Of a DNA stretch of 64,000 nucleotides, positions 12,989-27,624 are shown piece by piece. The DNA comes from Octopus vulgaris (taxonomy: Eukaryota). How positions within the stretch are numbered: position 1 is the stretch's first letter; the number at the start of each line of letters is the position of its first letter. The translations under genes were made by a program, and so were the position numbers. The DNA is taken from assembly GCA_951406725.2 (NCBI GenBank), contig OX597818.1, positions 145,328,001 through 145,392,000 on the forward strand, in the 5' to 3' direction. A model generated the notes under the pieces. That model had not been told where the DNA came from. It ran no database searches and was given only the letters and a program-made list of their open reading frames with translations.

Positions 12989-14026
12989 TTAGGTTGTTCC
13001 GAAAATAATGGCCGATTTCAGAAACAATTTTATTCTGGAAAAATTAACAATAAGAAATGTTTTGATTGGTCAAAGTATGAGCCGTGAACTTCTATGCATC
13101 TCTGCCATTGATCAACGAGATTATTTATGCCTCGTTGATAAAAACGTATTGGCTTTGATGCTAAAAAATCTTTGGAAGCTGATTCCACCTCTGGTTTGAT
13201 CCGGAAAGTTTTATCACTTAAAAACATGTGTAAATGCTTTTAAAGTGGTAGTCAGTGGGTGAAAGATCAGTAGAATATGGAGGATGTGGTAAAGTCTCGC
13301 ATCTCAAATTTGTGAGTTTCTTCAGCGTCATTCTTGCAACATGTGGCTTTGCATTATCGTAGAGCAGAATTGGGTCACGCCGATTCACCAATGCAGATCT
13401 CATTTTTAGCAAGTGAACGTGCATTTCAGCGAGTTGATTGCAGTAAACCTCTGCTGTAATACTCTGATTGGCTTCCAGAAAGCTGTAATGTACAACACCA
13501 ATTGTAGACCACCAGACAGTCCCATAATCTGTTTCTGATGCACCTTTGGCTTTGGGAAATGTTTGGGGGACCCATCACGATCAAGCCATTGACCTGATCG
13601 TTTACGGTTATCATAAAGGATCCACTTTTCGTCACAAGTGACTATTCGGTCAAGAATAGGATCATTCTTCATCTTCAAGGATCTCATCACCACTACGGAA
13701 TTTCTGAAACCAACTTCATACTGTGCGATCACTTGTGGACCCCTCACCCCTTGCCTTGTTGATATTGGCAGCAGTTTCTGAGGCACTGTGCCGAGCTTGA
13801 ACTCTCGCAAGAAAAGTAAGCGAAAGTCCTCTTTTGTTATGCTCATAATTAAGGGTGCCTACGCTTCAAGAATGTTTTCTCTCTGAAATAAGCAGAAAAT
13901 TATTAAAGAGCATACGTCAATTATTAAGCATGTTGAAATTCACCAAAAATATAATTAAAATACTCTGATAAAATTGCGTTTCAAAACAGAACACTCAGAG
14001 CGACCATTATTTTCAGAACAACATAA
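12989..14026 (-). mobile_element. Mariner (DD34D) transposon with both TIRs and TA TSD, internally deleted
   Basis: Left TIR TTAGGTTGTTCCGAAAATAATGGCCG versus right TIR reverse complement TTATGTTGTTCTGAAAATAATGGTCG. TA at 12987-12988 and 14027-14028. Confidence 0.92.
13066..13846 (-). pseudogene. Mariner transposase pseudogene
   Basis: Frameshifted pieces: MSITKEDFRLLFLREFKLG, DRIVTCDEKWILYDNRKRS, ILLYDNAKPH, LPHPPYSTDLSPTDYHF, FYQRGINNLVDQWQRCIEVHGSYFD. The second HTH and WVPHEL linker are missing. Confidence 0.9.
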
Positions 14027-14027
14027 T

Positions 14028-14096
<69 letters not shown>

Positions 14097-14247
14097 TATA
14101 TATATATATTTCTGAATGTAACTGTGTGTATCTATAAGTGCAGGAAGAAAAACACTTTATGCATGTTATAGAATATATATTTATTCAATGTACTCTGGTT
14201 TTAGTCTGCTTCAGACATACACACACACACATACATACATACATACA

Positions 14248-14280
<33 letters not shown>

Positions 14281-15162
14281 GTGTGCATGTATATAATATA
14301 TATATATATATATATATAAATACACGCACGCACATATGTATAATGCACTATTCTATATGAGTGGCTTGCATACTGTGTATGCAAATGTGTCTGATTTTTG
14401 AGAATGTGTTTTTTTTTCATGCACACCACACGTAAGTATTTATTACATTTATTCATAGAAAATGAAGGTTTTATAAACTTATTTTATAAATTTATAAATT
14501 GTCATTGCAAATCTAGAATTTTCATTGAAATTATTTCCTGACTGCCAAATATCTACAATGATTGATGTGATATTTTATTGCAGCTTACAAGGAAAAACTG
14601 TCATTTTTCCCCCTTTTATTCATTTTTATACTTAAGCTTTGAGATTTCCATTGCCAACTGTATTGCCTGTTAAGTTTTCTTTTCTTCTCTTCATTATTTC
14701 TTTTTTCCATATTTTCAACTCTCTCGCATTTATGTGTTTATTTGCTGGTAAGAATGATGTTGCTGGTATGATTGTGGTAGATGAGCGCGCGGCAAGGTGT
14801 ATGCCTATACATACACACACATAACACAGAAACACACACACACACAGACACACACACTCTCTCTCTCTCCCCCACACACATATATATCATACACATATAT
14901 ATACACACACATACATACATACATATATGTATGTGTGTATGTGTGTGTGTGTATGTGTGTGTGTGCGTGAGTATGCAGCAAATAAATCTATTACAATGTA
15001 TCTTATCCATATGTATTTAGTCTCATTTTCATATCTGTTCGCTGACACACACTCTTCTGTATAAACGTTTGTATGTTTGTATTTTTTGTGTCTTTATGTG
15101 TGTATATATTCATGCATATCAATGTACATATATGTATGTATGTGTATATGTATGTACTTACG

Positions 15163-15312
<150 letters not shown>

Positions 15313-16009
15313 GCTTGCATATGACGGAATAATTTCGTTTTTCCTAAATATTCAGGTAAACACATTCACAAAAGAATGTACATTAACTCCACAAACCTAC
15401 ACATGCGCAAACACACGTGTATATAAGTACCAGCAGATAATTGCAGGCAGAAAAATGTATATATGTATAAAGAGAAGGAAAATGGTGGAGGAAAGAGCAT
15501 GAGTCAGTCATTTTCACACATAAATGGTCATCAAATTTGACAGGGAGTCCGTGGGTGGGATGTTTATGATGGGTTAATTCGCGACAGCTATTCACGAAAA
15601 TTCTAATCTACTTATGTCATATGAAGAACATTTCTACCCTTTTATTTTCTTTCTTTGTTACATTTTTATCAATGAAAAGTGACCTTATATTCTACCTGTC
15701 TCCAGCGTGTATATTTTATGAGATGAGGCGGGTTGAATTCTCCGTTCAATCGCATATATTACATATCGTTTTGGAAGCCATCCTACCTGTACGGTTATAA
15801 ATAATCATATTCTTACTTTCTAAGATCCTAACAGACGTTATTCAACTCAACTGTTGTCTTCTATTTAAGTGCTTACATAATAATAAGTCTTTGCATAAAA
15901 TGAGTCCGCAAGTATTGGAACATCAGACATCTAATTCTGGTAGAAAACTTTCGAAAGAAAGTCACACCATCGATAGTAACATTAAGTTGTTCTCCGCTTT
16001 GCGTAAGCA

Positions 16010-16315
16010 CTGCACGGGCGAATGGTTACGAAATTCGCTTCGTAACCACACAATATCAGGTTCCATTCCAGTGTGTGGCGTCGTTTTCTATATCTTCGAT
16101 TTCGATCAATACAATTTGCATGGAATTGGGGAGACGGAAACTGAAGACAGTCTCTTTGTATTGAATGTACCTGTAATTCAAAAAAGTAAAGATTTGCTAG
16201 GTGCTCTGTCTCGTGGATTCTGCCTCTTAATTATATTAAAGATGCACGCACCTGTGTAAAACTCAGCCATTTATGTATTAATGCGGGAGAACGTGATTCG
16301 ATTGACTACATAAAA
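16010..16315 (+). mobile_element. Old degenerate SINE (family A-like head, family D-like tail)
   Basis: TGGTTACGAAATTCGCTTCGTAACCAC..GGTTCCATTCCA..GACGGAAACTGAAG, then a tail resembling 55860-56000. Confidence 0.5.
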
Positions 16316-16751
16316 CACCATAAAGAATATAGTAAATATATTTCTGTATAGATATATACATTCAGTCATTTGTGATTGGTCCGGTTCTTTCAACACTCAA
16401 CAATTTTGTTTCGTATATGCAATGGGTTGTTACACATTTCTTCTTACGCATTAATTGCCAAATTATAGTGGCTGTAAATGTATACGTAATACATAAAGTC
16501 AGTAAGATATCACTTTCGGTTTAGAATCACAATATTGGGGAAATAGTGATTCTGCTAAGTCAAATCAGAAGCTACTGCTTGTTAAGTCAGTGTATTCTGT
16601 TACAGAAAGACAAACAAATACCGATGGGATTTGTAGAAAGCAATCTGGGTTAAAAGAATTTGGATACAATTCATAGAGCTGTTTGGAGAAGTGTAAGCCA
16701 ATGTTTGGAAATTGAAACTTCGTTAGAATAAGAGTGACAATTTCTCTCGTT

Positions 16752-16786
<35 letters not shown>

Positions 16787-18176
16787 AGAAAGAGACAAAT
16801 GCATATATAATAGGAAGGAGAAAAATAAGAACAAGAATAAGAAGAATAAAAGGAAAAGTGAAAACTAACAGCGACGACGATGGTGACGATGATGACGATT
16901 ACAATGAGGGAAATAGTTTGAAGAAAGACCAAAGAAGAAACTAACTCGCTCTTCCCTTAAGTCTGCTTCACTTTGTCTTTCTACTTTACGTTTGCCCTAT
17001 TTACGAGTACCTTATGGATTCACTGAAGCGTTATATTATTTTCGACACTTCAGCCACCATCATCACGCTCTTCAGGCCTCTCCTTATAATATTGATTTGG
17101 GAATATTGGATTGTTGTTGTGGTTGTTGCCGTTGTTGTTATTTATCTACTTTTGTGTATGTATGTATGTATGTATGTGCTTCAGTTTTTCTCTTTCCGTT
17201 ACTGTTGATATTCGTATCGGTGCGTTTCGGTTATTCCAGTTGTCTTTGATGTTGTTCTTGGCGATGATGATACTGGTGGCAGTAGTGATAAGATAAGACT
17301 ATACATTTAGTGTTCCTGGTCTTATTGCAATTGTTCTTCTCATTCTCGTTGTTGGTAACAATACTAGTAGTTGTGGTATAAATGATGTTAGACATTTAGT
17401 GTTGAGGCACTTGTTGCAATGGTTGTTTGCTAACGCTGTTGATATCGTTGTTATTAGCTTGAAACCGGTATGCTGCTCCAGTTGGCATCGTCTGAGTTGT
17501 TGTAATCCGCTGCTATTCTTAATATCTCTGTTGCTTCTTCTGTAGTTGATTCTATCGCTGCTGATGATTCTAGTTTGTTGTTTACTATTTTTACAGTTAT
17601 TGTTTGTTATCACAACTCTACCTTTCTTTCTTAAGGGGTTTTATTGTGTTGCTGTCTACGATGTGTCTCCCGAGCATGCTGATGTTAATTTCGATATATT
17701 ACAGTTGTAGTTGTACGTGCTTCAGATGCAATAGTTACCATTCCTGTCGGTGCAGCTATTGTCCCAGCTCATCTTACAAAGGGAAAACAAAATAGTCAAT
17801 GGCTGTTATGTTACTCAAAATGGTGCATAACAATAATGGACACCAAAAAAAAAAAAAAAGAAAATAGGCAATGGCTGATCATTGTCTCACACTTGAAGTT
17901 TTTCAGAAAATAATTCACATTTCTGTTTCAATATCTTCAGCTCGTATTCATTCTTTATAGAACGTATAGACTATTTTATGCGTATATATCAGTATGTAGA
18001 CTGATATTATTTCCAGGTATCACTTCGAATTAATATAGTAAAATATTTTATATAAAATCACTACGCTTAATTTTGCACTTTTTGTTTCCAGTTTTATTGA
18101 GCTCTCTTGTTCATCACTTTCTCAAAAGGAAATATGCACAATATAATACGTAATGTGCACAATGTATGTATATATC

Positions 18177-18242
<66 letters not shown>

Positions 18243-18279
18243 TAGATATATTTCATATATATATATATGCATATGTATG

Positions 18280-18450
18280 TCATTATTCAGTTTTATTTCA
18301 AGATTTCTTGCCAATAGAGAAAGAGCCGGTTTCTAACCTAGGACCAAGGCTCCTTCGTTGGAATTTCAACATCAACAACAGGGTATTTTTGTATGTATGT
18401 ATGTATGTATGTATGTATGTATGTATGTATGTATGTATGTATGTATGTAT
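18280..18450 (-). mobile_element. 3' tail of the (CATA)n-associated R4-like LINE family
   Basis: Reverse complement identical over about 110 bp to 29097-29209 and homologous to 40060-40167. Confidence 0.85.
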
Positions 18451-18504
18451 GAATCAATCTATCTGCCTGTCTTTCTGTCTGCTTACATGTCTGACACTTT
18501 CACT

Positions 18505-18554
<50 letters not shown>

Positions 18555-18830
18555 GTATGTATATAGTTGAAATTTAGAGAAAGACAAACGATGAATGCAG
18601 GCGTATGAACAACAAAAAAATGTATTCGCGTGACGCTCAGGAAAATGAAAAAGTCTTTTACGTTTCGTGCCTACGCTCTTCAACAGAAAGGAATAAGAGA
18701 AAATAGACAGAGAATGAAAAAACTTGTAGATTTCAGCGATCCAGCATGGCAAATTATATATATGTATATTTACATCTCTCTCTTGCTCCCCACTCTCTCT
18801 CTCTCTATATATATATACATGGGTTGTGTA

Positions 18831-18921
<91 letters not shown>

Positions 18922-19572
18922 AATACATTAAAAGTCAGATTGAATCTTGCTTGCTTCCTTACAATGTTACTCAAACAAACTGGTGCATAATGGGAAAATA
19001 CTATGAATTACATTTTACCTGAAATGTAAATACGAACGGAATGAAAGAACTTTCACGTAAATCGGTGAAGTGGTTGTGAAGATACTGAGATTTTTCGCGG
19101 TATAGAGACCCAAAACGGTACATAATGGGAGACGTCTCTGAAAATAACTTAATCCTGAAAGGGAGGTAACTCTTACTTTTCGATTAGACTGATTTAACAA
19201 CGAAAAATACGATGTGTTATTTTACTGTAAATGTTTCTGTTTTCGCTTTTTTTAAAAATATTTTAATAGATTAGAATTTTTTAAGTGAAGATGATTTAAA
19301 AAAAAATTTTGGTACAATAAGTATTTATATGTTAACTTTCTTCAAGAAGACAATATTTTAATGCTTTTTAAAATTATTTTCAAGTGAACACCATTTCAAA
19401 GTTTTTTTGCATAGATATTTCGTAAAATACCCGTTTGGAACCTTGGTGGGAAATAAATTTTTTCCATAGGGATTTTTTTTGAGTGCATTCAACGTACTTA
19501 TGTATATGTATGCATGTACCTGTGTCTGCGATATGAGCATATGTTTACATATGATTATACATGCATACATAC

Positions 19573-19666
<94 letters not shown>

Positions 19667-19667
<1 letters not shown>

Positions 19668-19952
19668 GAGGCGCAATGGCTCAGTTGTTAGGGCAGCGGG
19701 CTCGCGGTTTCGATTCCCAGATCGGGCTTTGTGAGTGTTTATTGAGCGAAAACACCTAAAGCTCCACGAGGCTCCGGCAGGGGTGGGGGCGATCCCTGCA
19801 GTAATCTTTCGCCACAACTTTCTCTCTGTTGGCTTGCTCACTTAGCCAGCGAGGAGGCGGCGTCATTTGAAAGCTAAAACAATGCGAAGCGCATTGTGAC
19901 CAGCGATGTGTAGCAACATCTGATAGCCTGATCGGTCACGGTGATCACGGTG
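19667..19952 (+). mobile_element. tRNA-derived SINE family C
   Basis: GGAGGCGCAATGGCTCAGTTGTTAGG (A box), GGTTTCGATTCCC (B box), tail of tandem TCACGGTGA. Confidence 0.8.
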
Positions 19953-19962
19953 ATATATATGT

Positions 19963-19998
<36 letters not shown>

Positions 19999-20021
19999 AT
20001 GTATGTATGCATGTGTATATA

Positions 20022-20053
<32 letters not shown>

Positions 20054-20329
20054 CACACATATATATATTTATATATATTTATATATCTCCTCTTAATCCT
20101 CTCTGTCGAAGAGCGTAGGCTCGAAACATAAAATACTGTGTAGCAACATCTGATAACCTGATCGGTCACGGTGATCACGGTGATATATATGTATGTATAT
20201 ATATATATGTGTGTGTATGTATGTATGCATGTGTGTGTATATATATATATATATATACACATTTATATATTTATATATCTCCTCTTAATCATCTCTGTTG
20301 AAGAGCGTAGGCTCGAAACCTAAAAGACT
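19907..20329 (+). repeat. Local tandem duplication (about 230 and 190 bp units) of SINE tail, microsatellite and hammerhead-like motif
   Basis: TGTGTAGCAACATCTGATA.CCTGATCGGTCACGGTGATCACGGTGA starts at 19907 and 20137. Both units end in CTCCTCTTAATC.TCTCTGT.GAAGAGCGTAGGCTCGAAAC. Confidence 0.9.
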
Positions 20330-20601
20330 TTCCGGAGCGTTAAACTAATATACCTGCTTACTGTTCCTACACCTGTCTTCGTCTTTTGTTTTCTATAAAT
20401 TTGAACTATGTATTATATGTTCACGTGGTTACTTCATTTTGATCCTGCCTGACCGAAATTCCCACTCTGTTGGACTTACATCTTAACTACTTACGGAAAG
20501 TTCTGTACCTCTCCTCATCGACATAACCAGCACTCCACCCGGATTACCACTCGATCTTCGGACTCTACTTCCACAGATGTTACTGGCTATATATCTTTGA
20601 T

Positions 20602-20754
<153 letters not shown>

Positions 20755-21479
20755 GATAGGTGTATATACACATCCACTCACATATATATATACGTATATA
20801 TATTTATACATATATGCACACACATATACACACACACTATATATATATACATATGTATAGACGTATAGACACACACACGCACACACACATATATATACGC
20901 GTATGTATGCGTATACATTTACATACAAATATACATATTTTAATAAATGTTTAACCGCCTATATATCTCTGTTCATTTCTCTTATTTGATTGTCTCTCTC
21001 ATCCTATTTCCCTTCACCTACCTCATGGTATCTATGTATATATATGTGGGTAGTTCTACACACGCACACACACGCACGCGTGCGAGCACGCGCAGACACA
21101 CACACACACACACATATATACATACGACTTTTGTGTTTGCATGAATCACTTGCTGCATCACCAAACAATGGTTCTCTAACCTCCTCCATGATTCGCCGTA
21201 GGAACATTCTGAAGGATCCTCTCATTTGCAGTACTTGACAGAATCTTTAAGCTTTGAATATTAAATGGGATCTTAAGTAGAAATCGATAACTAAACTTAT
21301 AACTTCTTCTTCCTCCTCCCTCTACGTCTCCTCCTCCTCACCTCCCGTCTCCTCCTCCTCACCTCCCTTCTCACCTCTTCTTCTTCTTCTTCTTCTTCTT
21401 CTTCTTCATACTTCTTTTTCTTCTCTTCCTCCTCCCCAGCCTCCTCCTCCGCATCATCATTTTAAAAATTATTTTCTCT

Positions 21480-22815
21480 TCATCACAGGTTTTGTTGGAG
21501 CTCCTGGAGTCTTGTATGCCTAGCGGGCTTGCTTCCTACATACAGCCTACGATACCATTCTATTTGTTCTTTTCAGCTATCTAATACTTTCCTTATTATT
21601 CTGGCCGTGCCAAGGAGGCAAATCTTTTGTAGCAGTTCTACTGGACACTCTATTCCAATTTCCTTTATATTCCTCTTGATGTCTTCTGATACTGTTCCCA
21701 AGGACCCAACAATAATTGGCACTATCTTCACCTTCTTCATTTTCCATAGCCAGGCTATTTCGTAATTAAGAGGGTTGTATCTATCTATCTATCTATTTAT
21801 CTTTTCGTGTACACTCGTGGGTCAAAGGGGAATGTAACATCAACTATATAGAACATGTGGTGCACCTTGTCCACCACCACTAGATCCGGTCTCTTATGCT
21901 CTAGCATATGATCTGTTTGGATTAGGAAATCCCAAAGGATTTTGCTAGTTTCCGACTCTGCCACTTTCTGTAGTTTGTGCTCATAGCACATCTTGTCTCT
22001 CTCTAACATCTTATCTATCTGGACGTCAAAGTCCCAAAGGAACTTTGTCTTCTCGTTTTCGTCCACAACCTTTTTCGGTGCATGTTGGTGCCAGCATAGA
22101 AACCAGTGAAGGTTTTGGGTTTACCTTGTGTCTGCGCTTGTACTCTTTCTTCGTAAGACTTTCACAAGCACTAACAATGTGAGTCACATTTTCGACCTTC
22201 TACCTACAAATTCTACTGAGGTTCGTTGTACTTGTGTAGTATACATCCTTTTTCATTGAGTTGGTATTCAATGCCTGATCCTCGGCAGCGATGCTTAAGC
22301 ATTCAGTCTTCTTTTTAAGGTCACCCTTACTAGCCATCTCCATGAGGTTTCCTGGTCCTTTTAAGTTTTACAGTTGAACCGACTATGCATTTCCATGCGG
22401 AGTAGAATTTTTTTCTCTCGTTGGTTATTCATGATAGGAATTCCTTAATACTCTCAACTATTGTTGGTAAATCTTCTTGCATTAGTAGCTTATTGAAACA
22501 GGTCTTGTTAGCTGTTTACCAGATACTCTGCCATGTTTATTCTTTTACTGTCGATGCACTCCGTACGCTAATTAGGCCACGTCCACCTTTACACTTCTTC
22601 ATAAATATCTTGTGTATGTTCACCTTAGGGTGAACAACACCATGTATTGTTATCGTCTTTTGTGTAGTGTGATAGAGTTGGTCAATTTCCGCTTATTTCA
22701 CAATGGGTGCACTGTAGCGGACTACAGCAACAGCTCATATACTAATGGCATGTACTCATCCTCATCCGGGTCTCCCATTTGCTCTCGGCTTGGCAGTTGT
22801 ATGCCCTTAAAATCT
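21480..22815 (-). mobile_element. R4/Dong-type LINE, decayed 3' 1.3 kb (post-RT region, CCHC knuckle, REL endonuclease)
   Basis: AVAVVRYSAP, HPKV..KGGRGLISV, VENVTHIVSACESLTKKEYKRRH, KILWDFLIQTDHMLEHKRPDLVVVDK, VPIIVGSLGTV..LLQKICLLGTARIIRKVL. Confidence 0.88.
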
Positions 22816-22844
22816 GCTCTTTATATGTATGTATGTAAGCATGT

Positions 22845-22928
<84 letters not shown>

Positions 22929-24209
22929 ATGTATGCATCTGTGTATGTAAATAAGATGAACGTGTATAATGCGAGGAAGTTTGAGAAATAAGGAAAGATA
23001 TGGACAAATAGATAAAAACTCTATATTTCAACCTATATTGGTATTAACACTAATCCGAGTTTTCTGAACGGAAGATTCAAGAGAGAATAGTAGATACTTA
23101 ATCATTATAAAATTCCGATAACATAGTTGTTGGAGTTGTTATTGCTATTGCTGTTGTTGTTGTTTTTGTTGTTGTTACCATCTTCGACATAGTTGGCTGT
23201 GAAAGCATGAACTTACACCGGTCGATAATGATCTCAGAGTTTTGGTTACTATGATTCTGAGGTATGAAGTATATACATAGCGTGAAATGCTGAGGTTGGG
23301 TGTGGCATGGTAGGGTATGGCGATGCATTTGGTTGCATGGTGTGGTAAGGTAAAATTAATTTGATGAGGATTCCTATCTTGAAATGGTTTATAAATCATT
23401 AGAATTGTCTATTGACCGTTTGTCTCAGCATTACCCACCACTTCTCTGCCTCCAAAAATATTTTATTTCGCTTGTCTTCTAAGTATATAAGTAATTAAGT
23501 AAGTTAGCAAAATAGTGCTGATGAGAAATTTTGGAAAGATTCTGAAGTAATTCCTTCAGTAATGTCTATTAATGATTTCTTTTGTAGACACAGACAAACA
23601 ATTCTGATTTACCGAAAACTGGTAAATCAGACTGAAAAGTTTCTGTGAGATTTCGAACAATGATTTCTGAAATAGGCTCAACACCAAGACAGAGATTCAT
23701 AATTGTTTTTAACATTGGCAACAATAGTCATAATTTGGAGAAGGTGGGGGAAGTGGATTAAATCGAGCCTATTAGTTAACTGGTACTTTATTTTCTCGAA
23801 AACGAAAGGCAAACCTGATTTTGTTGGAATTTGATTTTATAACAATCTACAGTTGAAGAGATTCCAAATTTCCTTTCAAATTTTAGCACAAGGCAGTACA
23901 TACTCAGCACTGCAGAGAATGTGATGTATAGGTTGCGTTATATTAGTGAGTGGTGTTTGTATAGATTATGAGTGTTTGTATAGGATTTTTGAGTCGTTAG
24001 TGATGCATAGGTAGTGTTATTGTGTCGAGTACCGATCAATGAATATACATTATTATTTTATTGGGTGAAGATTATATTTAGAATGTGTTGTTCGAATTGT
24101 ACAGCAAGTGTACTCCATAGGATATGTTCTCTGCTAATCATGCAGCTAATTTGTTACCTTCTTATGAAAATGAAACAATCTTATGTCCTCAATCAACTGT
24201 CCTCTATCT

Positions 24210-24355
24210 TTAATTCTCAAGGATAGTTTGAATGATTCTTGCGGAATTCAAAATGGTAGTTTTCTGCCAGCTTCACTACCTGAATCTCAATTCTAATGTA
24301 CCTCAGCCATTTGATCTGCTGCTTGGATATTTTATCTAATGTCCTAAATAAAACG
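24210..24355 (-). mobile_element. R4/Dong-type LINE extreme 3' coding remnant
   Basis: RTLDKISKQQIKWLRYIRIEIQV..KTTILNSARIIQTILEN resembles the terminus of the other Dong copies. Confidence 0.5.
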
Positions 24356-24499
24356 TTGGCGTTTCTGGGAATTTTTATAGCGATTAAAAATCTGCTATTT
24401 TGTGGTTCGTTTTTGTAACACCTCTTATTCCTATTAGTTCTCATTTTTTTATTGTTTGATTTCAGCTGTAGGTGTTTTCCAAACTGACACTTTTTAGGG

Positions 24500-24920
24500 G
24501 TACTGTTCTATTATATTGAAGCAATATATGTGCAGTCCTTAAAAGTCCTATTTTCTGTATATTTACTACGTATGCAATTACCCTGGTTTCGATTAGTTAT
24601 TCGTCTGCAAGTTTCTGTTTCTCCATTGTTACATTCTGTTTGCATCTATTTCCAGATCTTTGTATTTCATTATTTTCTCAATTTCTTTTGGAAATATATT
24701 GTTATTCATTAGAACTGTTACTTCGATTAGAAGATATTTCTTTTCTGAATAATTTTTGACAATAACATATACACGATTTACCTTAATATCTTTCACTGTA
24801 TGAATTAAGCACACCCCAGAGGATAATCACATCGTTATTAGATTTTACAGTGTATATTTGTGCTATCTCTTTTAAGTCAGTATTTTGTATTGTTGACATA
24901 GTTTGCAATATACCACTGCG
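24500..24920 (-). mobile_element. R4/Dong-type LINE endonuclease remnant
   Basis: IHTVKDIKVNRVYVIVKNYSEKKYLLIEVTV..KEIEKIMKYKDLEI aligns with 46467-47067. Confidence 0.7.
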
Positions 24921-25504
24921 TGTTTCCAAGTGAATCTCCTTCGGCCACTGAATACCAAGAAGGAAAACAAGGTAGATTGGCTTTTACCACACTTCCGCAG
25001 GGCAACCCACTTTAATTACGAGCAGTAAACCAGAAGACTCAATTATAAAGCAATTTCCATTTTCTTTACTGTCTGTTGTTAGAATAGGAAGAGAACATGG
25101 CGAATGTAAATTATTTCGACGAAGCAGTTACATATCCATACTATAGTTATTTCATCTTTTTCCTACGATTTGAAACAATAAATAGCGAATGAAGTCTGTG
25201 TTTCATTTCCGGAGTCTATGGTACTCCTATCCACGAACTGTCAATTTTGGCTACTCCAAGAGAATAACGAGACGGTACACGGTCTCGATATCTTTCGCAA
25301 ATCGACTTCAATTGTCTTGCCAGGTAGGAAGAACGTATTCGATGCTAAAGTCTTAAATATACAACGATTGCAAAAGAAAGACTGAATAGATACGAAACAC
25401 GGCTGGAATACCTTGAATTATATTATTTTTGCAACGTAAGTAGACCTGCTGCTAGAAATTGCACCAACATTAAATCCATGTAGTTCGATTGTTCCTTTAG
25501 CACT

Positions 25505-25633
25505 CACCCCATCACCACTACCACCATCTTCACCATCATCATCGTCGTCGGCGTCCTCCTCGTCCTCCCCCTCCTCCTCCTCCTCATCATCATCACCTCC
25601 ACCACCACCACCACCACCACCACCACCACCACC

Positions 25634-25714
<81 letters not shown>
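25505..25714. repeat. (ACC)n/(ATC)n/(CCT)n trinucleotide array
   Basis: Direct inspection. Confidence 0.9.
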
Positions 25715-25716
<2 letters not shown>

Positions 25717-26352
25717 GGACGCTAATTTACCCAAGATGATGGTATCCTCGTGTGGAAATGATTATCTTGATTATTTCTTCTATGAAATTTTGCTCCAATC
25801 AACATTTTGAATCACTAGTTAACATGTAATACATTCCTTTGTTACGTATAAAATGAAACAGCAGCTTTTCTTTCCGTGTATCCATTGGTGTATAGCCATG
25901 ACATTTGAACATCAATTATTCCTTGTCATGAATAAGGATATACACTTGATTCTCTGATAAACGGGACAAGGGGGAAATTCAAAGAGAGACAGGATCCTTT
26001 TCACAGGAATCCTTCCATTCAGCATCTTTGAACTAGTTTTTATGGATTCGAATGACAGACTTCAGGAGATAATTGTCATCTCTCTCTGTCTCAGAGTCTG
26101 TCGGTCCGAATGTCGCTGTGTATGTGTGTGTGTGTGTGTGTATCTGTGTGTGTGTGTGCGCGAGATCGTGTGCATGCACGCGCGTTTGTGTGTATATACG
26201 AACATATATAAAGTTGCACATCGTTATAGTTATATAAAGACGCATAAGTGCATATATATATTTATGTGTATATATATATATATGAGTATACATTGAAATG
26301 TTTATAAGGGTGGCCGAGCGTGTATACTTGCGCATGCTTGTACTTAAGCATA

Positions 26353-26406
<54 letters not shown>

Positions 26407-26425
26407 TATATATAAACTATATAAA

Positions 26426-26475
<50 letters not shown>

Positions 26476-27139
26476 TACAAACATATATATATATAAACTT
26501 ATATATATATATACGCACACACACACACACACATTTATATACATATAAACATGTGTATTTAATAAATTAGAAAGGGATTGAGTTAATGTAGGGGAATATC
26601 TTTCTATATATTCCGTACATATGTATACATGTGCACATACACATATATATGTGTGCATGTGTGGGTGTAAGTGTGTGTGTGTGTGCGTGTAGACACATTC
26701 GTATAGACATATTGGGATAATTATATGCGGATATATGTGTGTGTACACATGGTATGTATGTGTGCGTATGTCTGTAATCAAATCACCTATACACATGCAG
26801 ATATCGTTTCTTGCATCATTACCTTTCCTTCTCTTCCAGGCGAAGGTCTGTTGGTGTTTGTGAAGTGATTAATGCAAAAGTAGTGTCCTCTTCCCTGCAA
26901 AAGCATGCAATTAAACGTGCAACCTTACATTCTTAGCATCAGGTTGCCAGTTGATAGCTCAGCTAAACACAACTGTAGCTGGAGTGATTAATCAAGTTGA
27001 ATGTCTCCTATTTACTTGCATTTACAAGACAAGCTTCTAATGGGTTTACCTATTTTATGTGGGTGGTATGTGTGTGTGTGTTGGGATGTTTCTGCGAGTG
27101 AGTTTATGTATGAATCTATATTTGCGCGAGTACGGTTGC

Positions 27140-27440
<301 letters not shown>

Positions 27441-27500
27441 CTCACACACATCCCTCTCACATGCATGCACTTAAATATAGGAAGTATGCATTCATGTATG

Positions 27501-27552
<52 letters not shown>

Positions 27553-27590
27553 ATGTGTGTGTGTGTGTGTGTGTCTGCGTGTGTGTGTGT

Positions 27591-27623
<33 letters not shown>

Positions 27624-27624
27624 C

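Noticed and set aside
17000-17800. Hydrophobic or Cys-rich short ORFs
   Set aside because: Degenerate (TGT/TGA/TGC)n low-complexity sequence.
25504-25734. Poly-M/V/R ORF (poly-His on the opposite strand)
   Set aside because: Pure trinucleotide array without exon context.
26820-26940. Strong + strand acceptor CTTCCAG at 26839 as a coding exon
   Set aside because: All frames stop within about 100 nt, there is no clear donor and the peptide is unrecognisable. Kept only as weak support for + strand transcription.
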